In this document: positions 8,700-16,305 of the stretch, in pieces
Layout: the number at the start of each line of letters is the position of its first letter
Position numbering within the stretch: position 1 is the first letter of the stretch
IMG/VR virus record: IMGVR_UViG_3300046518_000157
Coordinates: 24,398-88,397 of that record
Source: a virus
Lineage: Duplodnaviria; Heunggongvirae; Uroviricota; Caudoviricetes
Length of the DNA stretch: 64,000 nucleotides
Strand: one strand, 5' to 3'
The notes under the pieces: generated by a model
Database searches by the model: none
What the model saw: only the letters and a program-made list of their open reading frames with translations
Told to the model about the DNA's origin: nothing
Translations under genes and position numbers: made by a program

Positions 8700-9200
8700 G
8701 TCTCTTCCAACCAGGGGTGCCTGGCCAAGAGGACGACGTCGTACCACAGCTCCAGAATTAGCTTTACCTAGCTACAAGCTAGGTAGAGTCTTTGCTTTGC
8801 CTTTCGGAAAAGCAACGTAGAGCACTGTTGCAGATACTCTCTGGCTTCCAACTTAACCCTTTCCCTAAAGAACGGATATCGCTATTGAACCAGTTTGATA
8901 CTTCAAACTCTGTGCGACCCGAAGGTCGTTGTTCATGATGAACTCATGCGGTGCTTGATGTCCATCACCTGCAGCTCATAACTTATAGTTAACTATATTA
9001 GATGAGCTGTTCTCGAACCCAGAGCATCTCGGTCCCTGGGTTTCGCTGCAGGCGAAGACAACTTTCGAAGAATGTTACATACTTCTAGTAACGTTGTCGT
9101 TACTTCTATACTTCATCATGCCCCCAAAAGGGGTTCAAAAAGCAATTCTGTAGGATAACCCCAGGTTGCTCAATCAAGGGAAGGAGAAAATGTCCTACTC
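8700..9200. ncRNA. Highly structured non-coding region (nested stems with UUCG/GNRA-type tetraloops); strand and boundaries uncertain
   Basis: Nested inverted repeats include cctgcag.../...ctgcagg, cagctcat/atgagctg, cgaacccag/ctgggtttcg, cgacc-cgaa-ggtcg and ccagg-ggtg-cctgg. No ORF with any coding signature. Confidence 0.35.
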
Positions 9201-9214
9201 ACCATGCACAGCTA

Positions 9215-9385
9215 TTACGTCAACATCGAGAGTCTATCACGAGTATTGTCAGTAAGCCAACAACGTGGAAACTCTAGTGATGTGATTTCGGGATTGTCCT
9301 TAGTCGCCAGGTATTTACCCTGAGTATCTTCGATCAGAGCAAAGCCTTCTTCGTACTCTACAACGCTAATGATTTCATTAAACAT
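9215..9385 (-). CDS. Possible 57-aa small ORF (MFNEIISVVEYEEGFALIEDTQGKYLATKDNPEITSLEFPRCWLTDNTRDRLSMLT)
   Basis: Hand-translated; below the ORF-track length cutoff. Confidence 0.2.
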   Translation of the reverse strand: MFNEIISVVEYEEGFALIEDTQGKYLATKDNPEITSLEFPRCWLTDNTRDRLSMLT

Positions 9386-9411
9386 TTTGAATCGCCCTCT
9401 GTTGTTCCCGA

Positions 9412-9450
9412 GATAAAAAACAGAAAGGAGCGTAGCTATATATACGCTCC
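9412..9450 (-). terminator. Rho-independent terminator downstream of the HTH gene
   Basis: Hairpin ggagcgtagc-tatata-tacgctcc followed, on the minus strand, by CTTTCTGTTTTTTAT. Confidence 0.5.
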
Positions 9451-9484
9451 GTCGAATACTACTATAAGCGATTTATTCTTTTTC

Positions 9485-9772
9485 TTACACTACGGTAAGT
9501 TCTTGCGTAATGAAGTCTTGCGGCGTAACATCTGCTGCGTTAGCCAGCTTGACCAGCGTCGAGAGTTGCGGACGATAGTTACCAGCCAGAGCACCAAGGC
9601 GGCTGAACTTTTCAATGCGACGGATAGTGCTTTCTGAGAGCTTGGTTGCAGCTGCCATATCACTGATCGTCACTTCGCTTTCAAGACGGAGATTGACAGT
9701 GTTGCGAACTACGTTACGTGCTGCTGTTTGAATATTGAGTGCTGACATCTTGAACCTAAAACAAAGCCACAT
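9485..9772 (-). CDS. Helix-turn-helix (XRE-like) transcriptional regulator
   Basis: TISDMAAATKLSESTIRRIEKF is a typical HTH segment. The true start is probably an internal Met (MSALNIQ...). Confidence 0.5.
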   Translation of the reverse strand: MWLCFRFKMSALNIQTAARNVVRNTVNLRLESEVTISDMAAATKLSESTIRRIEKFSRLGALAGNYRPQLSTLVKLANAADVTPQDFITQELTVV

Positions 9773-9814
9773 AAAAAGGAAATGAAGAACACTCGATGTG
9801 GCTATGAATGTCCT

Positions 9815-9824
9815 TCACAATATG
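9815..9824 (-). promoter_or_regulatory. Recurring promoter-like motif (minus TTGGTATAAG), upstream of gene 9485..9772
   Basis: Plus-strand cttataccaa. One of 14 copies, all in the same orientation and all 30-130 nt upstream of a minus-strand gene, tRNA or ncRNA. Confidence 0.45.
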
Positions 9825-9853
9825 CTTATACCAACAAGTACTAAATTATTGAA

Positions 9854-10066
9854 TTAAGAGAAGGGTAAACCTCTGTTCTCTCGCCTCTCATAATACTCTT
9901 TCAATCGCTGCTGTTCCTGTCTATTATACTCAGCGATTTCACTAGTGACTTGAGAACGTCCTTCCTTAATTCCTCGTAAGTACTCTGACCTTCCGTACTC
10001 AGCGATTTCTTCTTCACTCATACTTCTCTTTTTCAGTCCAGAGAATACGTCCTTGATATTCCTCAC
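9854..10066 (-). CDS. Hypothetical small protein
   Basis: 70-aa ORF; the real start may be the internal Met (MSEEEIAEY...). Confidence 0.35.
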   Translation of the reverse strand: MRNIKDVFSGLKKRSMSEEEIAEYGRSEYLRGIKEGRSQVTSEIAEYNRQEQQRLKEYYERRENRGLPFS

Positions 10067-10742
10067 CGTGAATCAAATGATTCAATTCAAAGTCTTTGCC
10101 AGTGAGTGCTGCCCCGCAGAGCAGAGTGTCATCAAGACTCAAGCCTTCACGCCCATCAGTCAATACAACGTCTTTCATTTGCTGTGGGAGAAAGTCATTG
10201 ATGTCATCTAGAATTACGTATGACTCGACTGTAACAGGTACTTTAGATAGACTCTGAATAAGTCTTCCATTCTGTACGAAAAAGTCTGGACCTGTGTAGT
10301 AACGTTTTTCTTTAATGCCTTGAAGGAAATCAAATATCTGTTCTCCACGATTCCCACGAAACTCAGGGGTCTTGCCTATAACACGAGTAGGATCAATACC
10401 CATAGCGCCAAGCACCAACCTAAGACTGTAGATGTCAACGCCTTCTCTCCACGTAGATGAGACAACGATATGAGCATTGGTAGCAACGAGGAGCTTGTTA
10501 AGCAGTCCAACTGCGTACTTATCAATGCCTTCCGGATACTTCACATACGGAGCTTTAACAACTTTAGCCCTTGGACCTCCGAAGTAGCCCATATCAGCTT
10601 CATGGTCCACCTCAAGGTTAGGCCATGCCCCTGCAAGAATGAAAGTCTTGTCAGAGTTCAAAACTCCGTCGATATCCAAAAACACAAGACGTGTTTTGGA
10701 TGTGTCAAGCGTAGGTGCTTCGTCTTTAAGGGCAACGTCCAT
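10014..10742 (-). CDS. HAD-superfamily phosphatase (polynucleotide 3'-phosphatase/nucleotidase-like)
   Basis: HAD motif I LVFLDIDGVLNSD (DxDGV) near the N-terminus. Confidence 0.55.
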   Translation of the reverse strand: MDVALKDEAPTLDTSKTRLVFLDIDGVLNSDKTFILAGAWPNLEVDHEADMGYFGGPRAKVVKAPYVKYPEGIDKYAVGLLNKLLVATNAHIVVSSTWREGVDIYSLRLVLGAMGIDPTRVIGKTPEFRGNRGEQIFDFLQGIKEKRYYTGPDFFVQNGRLIQSLSKVPVTVESYVILDDINDFLPQQMKDVVLTDGREGLSLDDTLLCGAALTGKDFELNHLIHGEEYQGRILWTEKEKYE

Positions 10743-10743
10743 T

Positions 10744-11112
10744 TTATATCCTCAGAAGTTTAACAAAGATATCAACCTTATTAGACAACGCCATTTCAAA
10801 AGCCATAACGTCTTCTTCATAAGAGCTATCTGGATCGTAATAATCAAGTCTAGATCCTAACTCGTAGCACAAGTCAAATACCTTACGTGAAATGCTAGGA
10901 CTAAAGATTAAGCCGTAAGCTTCTTCCCAAAGATTCTCATTTCGAGCATTGCACGTTATTTTGGTTACCGTTTCGTACATGCTCGCAAGTTCGTTAAGCT
11001 TTTGAGCTAAGGAACTCTCCAGCGAGTTTTGAGACGAGCTTTCCATCGTATTTCCCCGCGTAGTTGTTTTTGAAGATAGCCATGATTTTGCCGATGTTAT
11101 CCAGTGCAGCAT
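10744..11112 (-). CDS. Hypothetical protein (start likely internal, about 11046)
   Basis: ORF overlaps the upstream ORF by 118 nt in another frame, so the true start is probably the internal Met (MESSSQNS...). Confidence 0.4.
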   Translation of the reverse strand: MLHWITSAKSWLSSKTTTRGNTMESSSQNSLESSLAQKLNELASMYETVTKITCNARNENLWEEAYGLIFSPSISRKVFDLCYELGSRLDYYDPDSSYEEDVMAFEMALSNKVDIFVKLLRI

Positions 11113-11419
11113 TCTCGATGATTACCTTGATTTCAGTTTCTGACAACTGAGTCGGCATGAAGCCTTGAAGAAGCTGGCGTTCAGCAATGAGAGCGCCTCG
11201 CTTAAGGTCATCCTTCTCATGTGCAAGCATTTCCGCAATGCCTTCAAGACCTTTCTTGACGATGCTAACTACTTCTTCATCAGTAGGGTCACGATTCTCT
11301 TTCTTCGTAGCTACTTGCTTGGCTTCACCAAGGACAGTACCAAGCTTAGTAAACGAAAAAGAATCACCGAGTTTCAGGGCTTCAACCCGCAGTTGTTGAA
11401 GGTGTGCGTAAAGAGTCAT
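10994..11419 (-). CDS. Hypothetical protein
   Basis: 141-aa ORF in the co-oriented gene string. Confidence 0.45.
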   Translation of the reverse strand: MTLYAHLQQLRVEALKLGDSFSFTKLGTVLGEAKQVATKKENRDPTDEEVVSIVKKGLEGIAEMLAHEKDDLKRGALIAERQLLQGFMPTQLSETEIKVIIENAALDNIGKIMAIFKNNYAGKYDGKLVSKLAGEFLSSKA

Positions 11420-11727
11420 ACCGAGTACCCCTTGAATTCACCTTCCATACGATAGAACTCAACGAAGATACCAAGGTCGTCAGAGCTTACGGTACCAAGC
11501 TGCCACCAAGCGCCATTGATGTGATAGAAATCGGTTCCTTCAAACGTACTCTTGCGATAAGGTACCTTCACAGGAAGCGGATGTACGCCCATCGAAGCTT
11601 TTGATACATCGTTAACCAGGCGATAGATAAAACTCTTATATCGAGTAGGAGGAGGGATAACGCTATCGATAAGCCTTGCTACTTCAATAGCGTCTTGCTC
11701 AGTTTTGTCTAAATCTTGTGTGCTCAT
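11416..11727 (-). CDS. Hypothetical protein
   Basis: 103-aa ORF with a 4-nt start/stop overlap with the downstream gene. Confidence 0.45.
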   Translation of the reverse strand: MSTQDLDKTEQDAIEVARLIDSVIPPPTRYKSFIYRLVNDVSKASMGVHPLPVKVPYRKSTFEGTDFYHINGAWWQLGTVSSDDLGIFVEFYRMEGEFKGYSV

Positions 11728-11878
11728 TTTTTACTCTTGTTAAATTGATTGTTTTGAAAGGCTTTAATTCTATCTTTATGCATCTGCTTTTTCAAGCGCT
11801 TTGGCATACGACCAAGATCGCTGATTACCTGTGCGCCAAGCTGTCTGAATGCATCGCCTAGGAGTTGTTTCTCTGTCT

Positions 11879-12235
11879 TCATTTCTTCTTACGTATTTCA
11901 CGCATCTTACGCTTCAAATACAAACCAAACCACAAAGGCCACTGTACAAGCCATCCCATGCAAAAATACAAGCAAAGATATGGAACAGTAATTGGCCATG
12001 TAATACCTAGCATAACCCCAATTGCCTGCTCTCCGTTATAACGGATTAAGTACATGTTATCACCACGATATCCAATTACGATCAGGCTAATTGCGATAGC
12101 AAAGGGAATCGAGATTAGATATGCCAAAACGAAATGTACCGTAGTCATTCCGTCATCCTCCGTATACACTTCCCAATCCAAATTGGAAAATACCCTATGA
12201 AGAAAAGTGACAAGGCCACTGCGACAACAGGCCAA
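11879..12235 (-). CDS. Small integral membrane protein
   Basis: Several hydrophobic helices (FVLAYLISIPFAIAISLIVIGY..., ITWPITVPYLCLYFCMGWLV...). Confidence 0.45.
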   Translation of the reverse strand: MACCRSGLVTFLHRVFSNLDWEVYTEDDGMTTVHFVLAYLISIPFAIAISLIVIGYRGDNMYLIRYNGEQAIGVMLGITWPITVPYLCLYFCMGWLVQWPLWFGLYLKRKMREIRKKK

Positions 12236-12378
12236 AACACTGAGTAGATCAATGCCATAACACCACCGATGATCTTATCAAGCTCTTCTCCTCTTTGAAA
12301 GCCTACAAGTACCATTCCTAAAAATAGAGATACAGCAAGACCAATCAAATAAATATGAAAGATAAGCATTTCCACCAC
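12145..12378 (-). CDS. Small integral membrane protein
   Basis: Hydrophobic 77-aa ORF (LIGLAVSLFLGMVLVGF..., VFWPVVAVALSLFFIGYF...). Confidence 0.4.
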   Translation of the reverse strand: MVEMLIFHIYLIGLAVSLFLGMVLVGFQRGEELDKIIGGVMALIYSVFWPVVAVALSLFFIGYFPIWIGKCIRRMTE

Positions 12379-12413
12379 CTAAAGAAAAAGGGCCTGTGGA
12401 AGCGCCCTTTATA

Positions 12414-12719
12414 TCATTGATTCGAAACTCTCACACACTGAGTCCTCTTATCGTACGTATAAGGCACAGTCCATCTGCGCCCTTTGTAACCAGCACCGCT
12501 GTACAGAAACTCATCATCCTGGCAGTGTTGCATAGTGTCATACGTTCCGATTACCTCGTACTTAGGCTGAGGAATAACAGGATTGAGATATGGTGTCGTT
12601 GCAACGGTAACTACGATGAGTGCCCACATAGTTTCCCCTAAGGGGCTTGTGTGAACACCCCTGCAGTTAACGAAGATTATCCGTAGGCTTACGCCTCGGA
12701 AACAAGTCCATGAAGACAC
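12414..12719 (-). CDS. Secreted or periplasmic small protein
   Basis: Signal-peptide-like MWALIVVTVATTPYLNPVIP segment; multiple Cys. Confidence 0.4.
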   Translation of the reverse strand: MSSWTCFRGVSLRIIFVNCRGVHTSPLGETMWALIVVTVATTPYLNPVIPQPKYEVIGTYDTMQHCQDDEFLYSGAGYKGRRWTVPYTYDKRTQCVRVSNQ

Positions 12720-12849
12720 AGATCGGCCAAAGAATGGAACCGATAATATCTTCCAGTACTTCGCTTATACCATCCTGTTCGTAAAAGATTGACAACATCA
12801 GGAAGTAAGCCACTGCAAGACAGAGGTAGATGTGGACAAACGTATCCAT
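12667..12849 (-). CDS. Small membrane protein
   Basis: 60-aa hydrophobic ORF. Confidence 0.3.
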   Translation of the reverse strand: MDTFVHIYLCLAVAYFLMLSIFYEQDGISEVLEDIIGSILWPICVFMDLFPRRKPTDNLR

Positions 12850-13772
12850 TACTTCAGATCATTCCACGTCCACTTGCCTTGATCCGATTTGACAACGTTC
12901 TGCCATGCCGGACTCGTACCCGTCGTCTCCTGGAGATCATCCAGGTTGTTGTAGAAGCACTCACGATAGTTCTTGAGCGCATTCACGAACTTTGCCGACT
13001 TGTATTCACGCGTAACCAGAAGCGAAGTGATCGATACCGTCTGAACGCCAGCCGCACCCAGGTTACGGTAACTCACACGAGCCGGTTGATACACCGCCTT
13101 GAGCTTGTCTTGAACCGGAGCCGGAATAGCCAGGATCTTGAAGATCGACGGCAGAGCTTCGATTTCTTTCATGGGCTGACCACCTACTATAACCACAGCA
13201 TCGACTTGTTTGTTCGTCAGTGCGGACAGGGCATCAGCGTTAGTGTTGAATTCCTGAACGTTGTACGTAAGCCCGCCTTGGAATTTGATCACTTTCGCAG
13301 TCAATACCGAACCGCCAGCAGCGCCGATGGTACGACCATTCAGGTCCGAGACGTTGTTGAACTTGATCTCTTTCCCACCGATACCCATGAAGCCACCTTC
13401 CTTCACGCCATCGCCACGAGCCAGGAAGTGAACTTGCTCCGGGTGGAGCGAGAACAGCGTCTTGATCTTCGAGAGATCTTCGGTCTTCGCACGAAGCACG
13501 AGAACGTCGGTCTGCACGATTGCGCCGTTGACTTGGTTGGCAACCAGCTTGTCGATGTTGTCGTTCGAGCCTAGGCTGTTGATTTCCTTCACCTCGCCAA
13601 GACCACAGCGCTGATTCAATTCCTTGAACATTGCCGAGTACGTACCCTTCGGCCCGCCAGTTGCCACGGTGAGTGACTGAGCGTGTGCATTGTGCATGAC
13701 CATCCACGTGATCAGAGCGCCTACGATCATGCCGTAGATCCAACGACGGTTGTTGTACTTGTTGTTGAACAT
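12849..13772 (-). CDS. Periplasmic substrate-binding protein (type 2 PBP fold; TAXI/PhnD-like)
   Basis: Signal peptide (GMIVGALITWMVMHNAHAQS) followed by LTVATGGPKGTYSAMF, which resembles the TAXI/phosphonate-binding-protein N-terminal motif. The opposite-strand ORF 12789..13574 is rejected. Confidence 0.5.
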   Translation of the reverse strand: MFNNKYNNRRWIYGMIVGALITWMVMHNAHAQSLTVATGGPKGTYSAMFKELNQRCGLGEVKEINSLGSNDNIDKLVANQVNGAIVQTDVLVLRAKTEDLSKIKTLFSLHPEQVHFLARGDGVKEGGFMGIGGKEIKFNNVSDLNGRTIGAAGGSVLTAKVIKFQGGLTYNVQEFNTNADALSALTNKQVDAVVIVGGQPMKEIEALPSIFKILAIPAPVQDKLKAVYQPARVSYRNLGAAGVQTVSITSLLVTREYKSAKFVNALKNYRECFYNNLDDLQETTGTSPAWQNVVKSDQGKWTWNDLK

Positions 13773-13940
13773 GTCAATTCACCTTGAGGTCTTTGAAATT
13801 GTTATCGTCCGAAGACGTTGAGGCAGCCGGAGCCGCCGTTTGGGTTTGCACTGCGTCAGAAGCCTGCTGAGCGGATCCAGAGTCATGGTTGAAGGCGAAG
13901 TAGCCACCAACACAAACCAGGACCACCAAGAGGCTGCAAA

Positions 13941-14306
13941 TCAGTCGGTACACTTTTGTGACTCCTGCATCAGGGTGATCATCTTCACGTTGAATGCGGA
14001 CAGGCGATCCCGTGCATCTGTGGAATACTCATCCGACAACTTTTGACGATGAATAGGTGTATCAAAAGCCCCTGCGAAGGCCAGATACGCATCTTTCCAT
14101 TCGGCATACAGCTCTGCCGAAATGGTTACTTCTTTCTCAGGTCCGGGTTGGTGAAGCTGAGACCCGCCTTGGGGATCTACCCAGCAATACTGCGATAGCG
14201 GTGTCTGGTCTTCATAACGCTTCTTTCCTCGCCACATGTTTCCCGAAAGCCTCGTAGGAGCTAATACAATCGGGACCTTGCAGTGCTTACAAATGCCTTC
14301 GAACAT
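13941..14306 (-). CDS. Hypothetical Cys-containing protein; start revised to MFEGICKHCK...
   Basis: The ATG at 14304-14306 sits 2 nt after the TAA of the upstream microprotein (TAAacATG). The track's upstream extension to 14384 would read through that junction. Confidence 0.4.
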   Translation of the reverse strand: MFEGICKHCKVPIVLAPTRLSGNMWRGKKRYEDQTPLSQYCWVDPQGGSQLHQPGPEKEVTISAELYAEWKDAYLAFAGAFDTPIHRQKLSDEYSTDARDRLSAFNVKMITLMQESQKCTD

Positions 14307-14340
14307 GTTTAACCCCGGTTGAGATGGGAAAGGAGAACGT
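14303..14340. repeat. ~38-bp direct repeat, copy 1 (gaacatgtttaaccccggttgagatgggaaaggagaacgt)
   Basis: Second copy at 14433-14470, about 90% identical. The repeat is explained by paralogous gene junctions (conserved ...LLSHLNRG stop then start), not by a CRISPR array. Confidence 0.7.
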
Positions 14341-14436
14341 TGGCCTGAATCGTGGAGGTCACGAACACAATCGAGTCTCCACACGGATCATAAATATGCC
14401 AGCCGTCTGCTTCTTCATCGTACTCTTTTGTGTACA
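14309..14436 (-). CDS. 42-aa microprotein B (MYTKEYDEEADGWHIYDPCGDSIVFVTSTIQANVLLSHLNRG)
   Basis: Hand-translated; paralogous to microprotein A with an identical C-terminus LLSHLNRG. Coordinates are good to about 2 nt. Confidence 0.4.
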
Positions 14437-14470
14437 TGTTTAACCCCGGTTGAGATGGGAGAGAAGAGCG
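14433..14470. repeat. ~38-bp direct repeat, copy 2
   Basis: gtacatgtttaaccccggttgagatgggagagaagagcgt. Confidence 0.7.
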
Positions 14471-14568
14471 TCAGCTTGAGATCTCGAACTGACTTCTGCA
14501 ATTACATTTTCCTGCGGATCGAGAATATTCCAAGCACATTCAAGCCAGTTCCAGTCTTTCTTGTACAC
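14440..14568 (-). CDS. 42-aa microprotein A (VYKKDWNWLECAWNILDPQENVIAEVSSRSQADALLSHLNRG), GTG start
   Basis: The GTG start overlaps the TGA of the upstream zinc-ribbon ORF (TGAcGTG), and a GAGGAG RBS lies upstream. Confidence 0.35.
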   Translation of the reverse strand: MYKKDWNWLECAWNILDPQENVIAEVSSRSQADALLSHLNRG

Positions 14569-14569
14569 G

Positions 14570-14782
14570 TCAAAAGCTCCTCGTGGTTATTTCTTTGCGA
14601 CACTGGCCACAGTTAAAGCCATCACGGCCTTCGCTACCACCACCAATATCCCTTCCCCGATACAACTCTCGCACATCTACGGGGAGATACTCGTTGATAG
14701 CACCGCAGTTCTTGCACGTAATGCGCTTTGATACGGCGCTATCCTGGCCGACTACCTTAACCATGTCACACCTTTTGAGCAA
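14570..14782 (-). CDS. Small zinc-ribbon protein
   Basis: CKNCGAINEY...CGQCRKEI (two CxxC pairs). Confidence 0.45.
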   Translation of the reverse strand: MLKRCDMVKVVGQDSAVSKRITCKNCGAINEYLPVDVRELYRGRDIGGGSEGRDGFNCGQCRKEITTRSF

Positions 14783-15521
14783 CCTTCACAGTGGAGAAAT
14801 CCACCACTTGTGCAGGATCGTTGGTAAGAAGCGAAGCCGACTGCGGGGTTACAACCTGTCCCGGAACTTCAGTCAGCAGCGACGTTTCGAGCTGAGACAT
14901 AGCACGGTTCATGTTCTCGCTCACTTGATCGATGGCAGTCTTCGACTTCAGCTCTTCCAGCAACTTGTCCGAATCCATCTGGGCCATACTGTTGAGCTTC
15001 TGCATCTCCAGCGCCATCTCGTTGACAGCCTTGCATTTCTCGATTTCAGCAAAGTACGTATCGAGCGCAGCGTCAGCCAGACGATAATTGTCCTGCCACT
15101 TCTTCAGAACCAGCTTCATGTTCGCATGATTCGTTTCGAACACTTCCGCTTGATCAGGAAACTTCTGCTTGAATCCAGCCAGCTTGTCACCGAAGTTTTT
15201 GATCTGTGTGCTCAGATTAGCAATTGCAGTCTGAGCTTCCTTCAGCTTGTCCTGCCGAGCATGAGCAACGTTGATCATTGTTTCAATCGGATTGCTCTTG
15301 GCTTCAGCTACGATGGCCTTGATCTTCCAGTTGGCGAACTTCATCGAGATCACCGGCGCGAAGTTGACAATAGCCAACGCCACAATACCAGCGATACCGA
15401 TACCAACCAAGCCCTTTACTAGCAGCATGATTGCAGGAGCCAGGATAGCAATCGCTATAGCGCCGATTGCGATTTTGACGATCCCCGCAACCTTTTTACG
15501 TTTCAAATCGATGTCGTTCAC
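14766..15521 (-). CDS. Membrane-anchored coiled-coil protein
   Basis: N-terminal transmembrane segment (IAIGAIAIAILAPAIMLLVKGLVGIGIAGIVALAIV) followed by a long helical region. The opposite-strand ORF 14583..15422 is rejected. Confidence 0.5.
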   Translation of the reverse strand: MNDIDLKRKKVAGIVKIAIGAIAIAILAPAIMLLVKGLVGIGIAGIVALAIVNFAPVISMKFANWKIKAIVAEAKSNPIETMINVAHARQDKLKEAQTAIANLSTQIKNFGDKLAGFKQKFPDQAEVFETNHANMKLVLKKWQDNYRLADAALDTYFAEIEKCKAVNEMALEMQKLNSMAQMDSDKLLEELKSKTAIDQVSENMNRAMSQLETSLLTEVPGQVVTPQSASLLTNDPAQVVDFSTVKVAQKV

Positions 15522-15727
15522 TTTGATTCTCCCTTTCCGGATTGGTAACCTTTGTTCCAGGACGCATGAAGCGGACTGAAAACACTGTAATTATTTTGAA
15601 TCTTGCCGTCGCCAGTGATTGCTGCAGTACGGCCTTCTTCAAAAGCTTCTTTATGCCACTCACTATCAATCTGACGCCAGCCCATGATTTTCCTTAGTAA
15701 ACTTCGGTTCGTGTGCCTTCGTAGCAC
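15518..15727 (-). CDS. Hypothetical small protein
   Basis: 69-aa ORF with a 4-nt overlap coupling to the upstream gene. Confidence 0.3.
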   Translation of the reverse strand: MLRRHTNRSLLRKIMGWRQIDSEWHKEAFEEGRTAAITGDGKIQNNYSVFSPLHASWNKGYQSGKGESK

Positions 15728-15984
15728 TCGTAGACGTAAACATGTTCAGGCTTAGTACAACCTTTGCCGCAGAAAACCCTACGTCCAGTAGGAGCTTCAA
15801 TGACAAGATTACATCCGTGTATACGAAGATCTTCGCTGTGCTGATATCGTGCGTAAAGACTCGCTGCAACGAAGACCAGCACAATTAGGATTAATCCCCA
15901 TACCAGATTTTCCTGCGATAGAAAATCGTACTCTTGCCTTCTGTGCAGACTCATTTGTTGTACCACGATACATGAGTTGCCCAT
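15694..15984 (-). CDS. Small membrane protein with a Cys-rich C-terminal tail
   Basis: Transmembrane segment LVWGLILIVLVFVAASLYA; C-terminal region has 5 Cys. Confidence 0.4.
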   Translation of the reverse strand: MGNSCIVVQQMSLHRRQEYDFLSQENLVWGLILIVLVFVAASLYARYQHSEDLRIHGCNLVIEAPTGRRVFCGKGCTKPEHVYVYECYEGTRTEVY

Positions 15985-16154
15985 TCCGGCTTTGCAGCGA
16001 AACTGTCAACCACCGACTCTTGCTTCTCGCCTTTACACCAGAAACCAGTTCCATCAGAAGGAATGAAAGCACCACATTCGACACTTTCAGCCCAATCCTT
16101 CGCCGTCATAACGTCTGCGTATCCCGGCACTTCGGTGAACTCATACTCAGTCAT
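15951..16154 (-). CDS. Hypothetical small protein
   Basis: 67-aa ORF whose ATG overlaps the upstream stop (TGACATGA). Confidence 0.35.
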   Translation of the reverse strand: MTEYEFTEVPGYADVMTAKDWAESVECGAFIPSDGTGFWCKGEKQESVVDSFAAKPEWATHVSWYNK

Positions 16155-16155
16155 G

Positions 16156-16290
16156 TCACCACCACCACTTGGAAAGAAAATGGAATCCTACGAAAGCAAC
16201 CGTTCCGAGGACTCCGATACAGATGAGTGCCACCAACACGAACCACAGTTCGATAATGGTGAATCCTTTTTGTTTGTGTTTCGAGAGCAT
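16156..16290 (-). CDS. 44-aa prepilin-like peptide (MLSKHKQKGFTIIELWFVLVALICIGVLGTVAFVGFHFLSKWWW)
   Basis: Matches the type IV pilin/pseudopilin class III signal (K/Q-G, then F-T-[LI]-I-E-L, then a hydrophobic helix). Hand-translated; below the ORF-track cutoff. Confidence 0.35.
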   Translation of the reverse strand: MLSKHKQKGFTIIELWFVLVALICIGVLGTVAFVGFHFLSKWWW

Positions 16291-16305
16291 GGCACTCCTT
16301 GTTAG

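Noticed and set aside
7265-8747. ORFs 7265..7612, 7816..8028, 8297..8497 and 8445..8747 inside the tRNA-like ncRNA block.
   Set aside because: Low-complexity translations with no start context. They overlap clear RNA structural modules (T-arms, D-arms). The region is better explained as structured RNA.
10470-11455. Plus-strand ORFs 10470..10763, 10639..10860, 11165..11455 and 11187..11399.
   Set aside because: Antisense to co-oriented minus-strand genes; no supporting signals.
13240-13743. Alternative-frame ORF (167 aa, Arg/Trp-rich) inside the substrate-binding-protein gene.
   Set aside because: Arg-rich, low-complexity translation typical of an off-frame read of a GC-rich coding region; it overlaps a well-supported gene.
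14303-14470. Two 38-bp direct repeats separated by ~90 bp as a mini CRISPR array.
   Set aside because: There are only two copies and no cas genes. Both repeats coincide with paralogous gene junctions (conserved ...LLSHLNRG-TAA-ac-ATG), which fully explains them.
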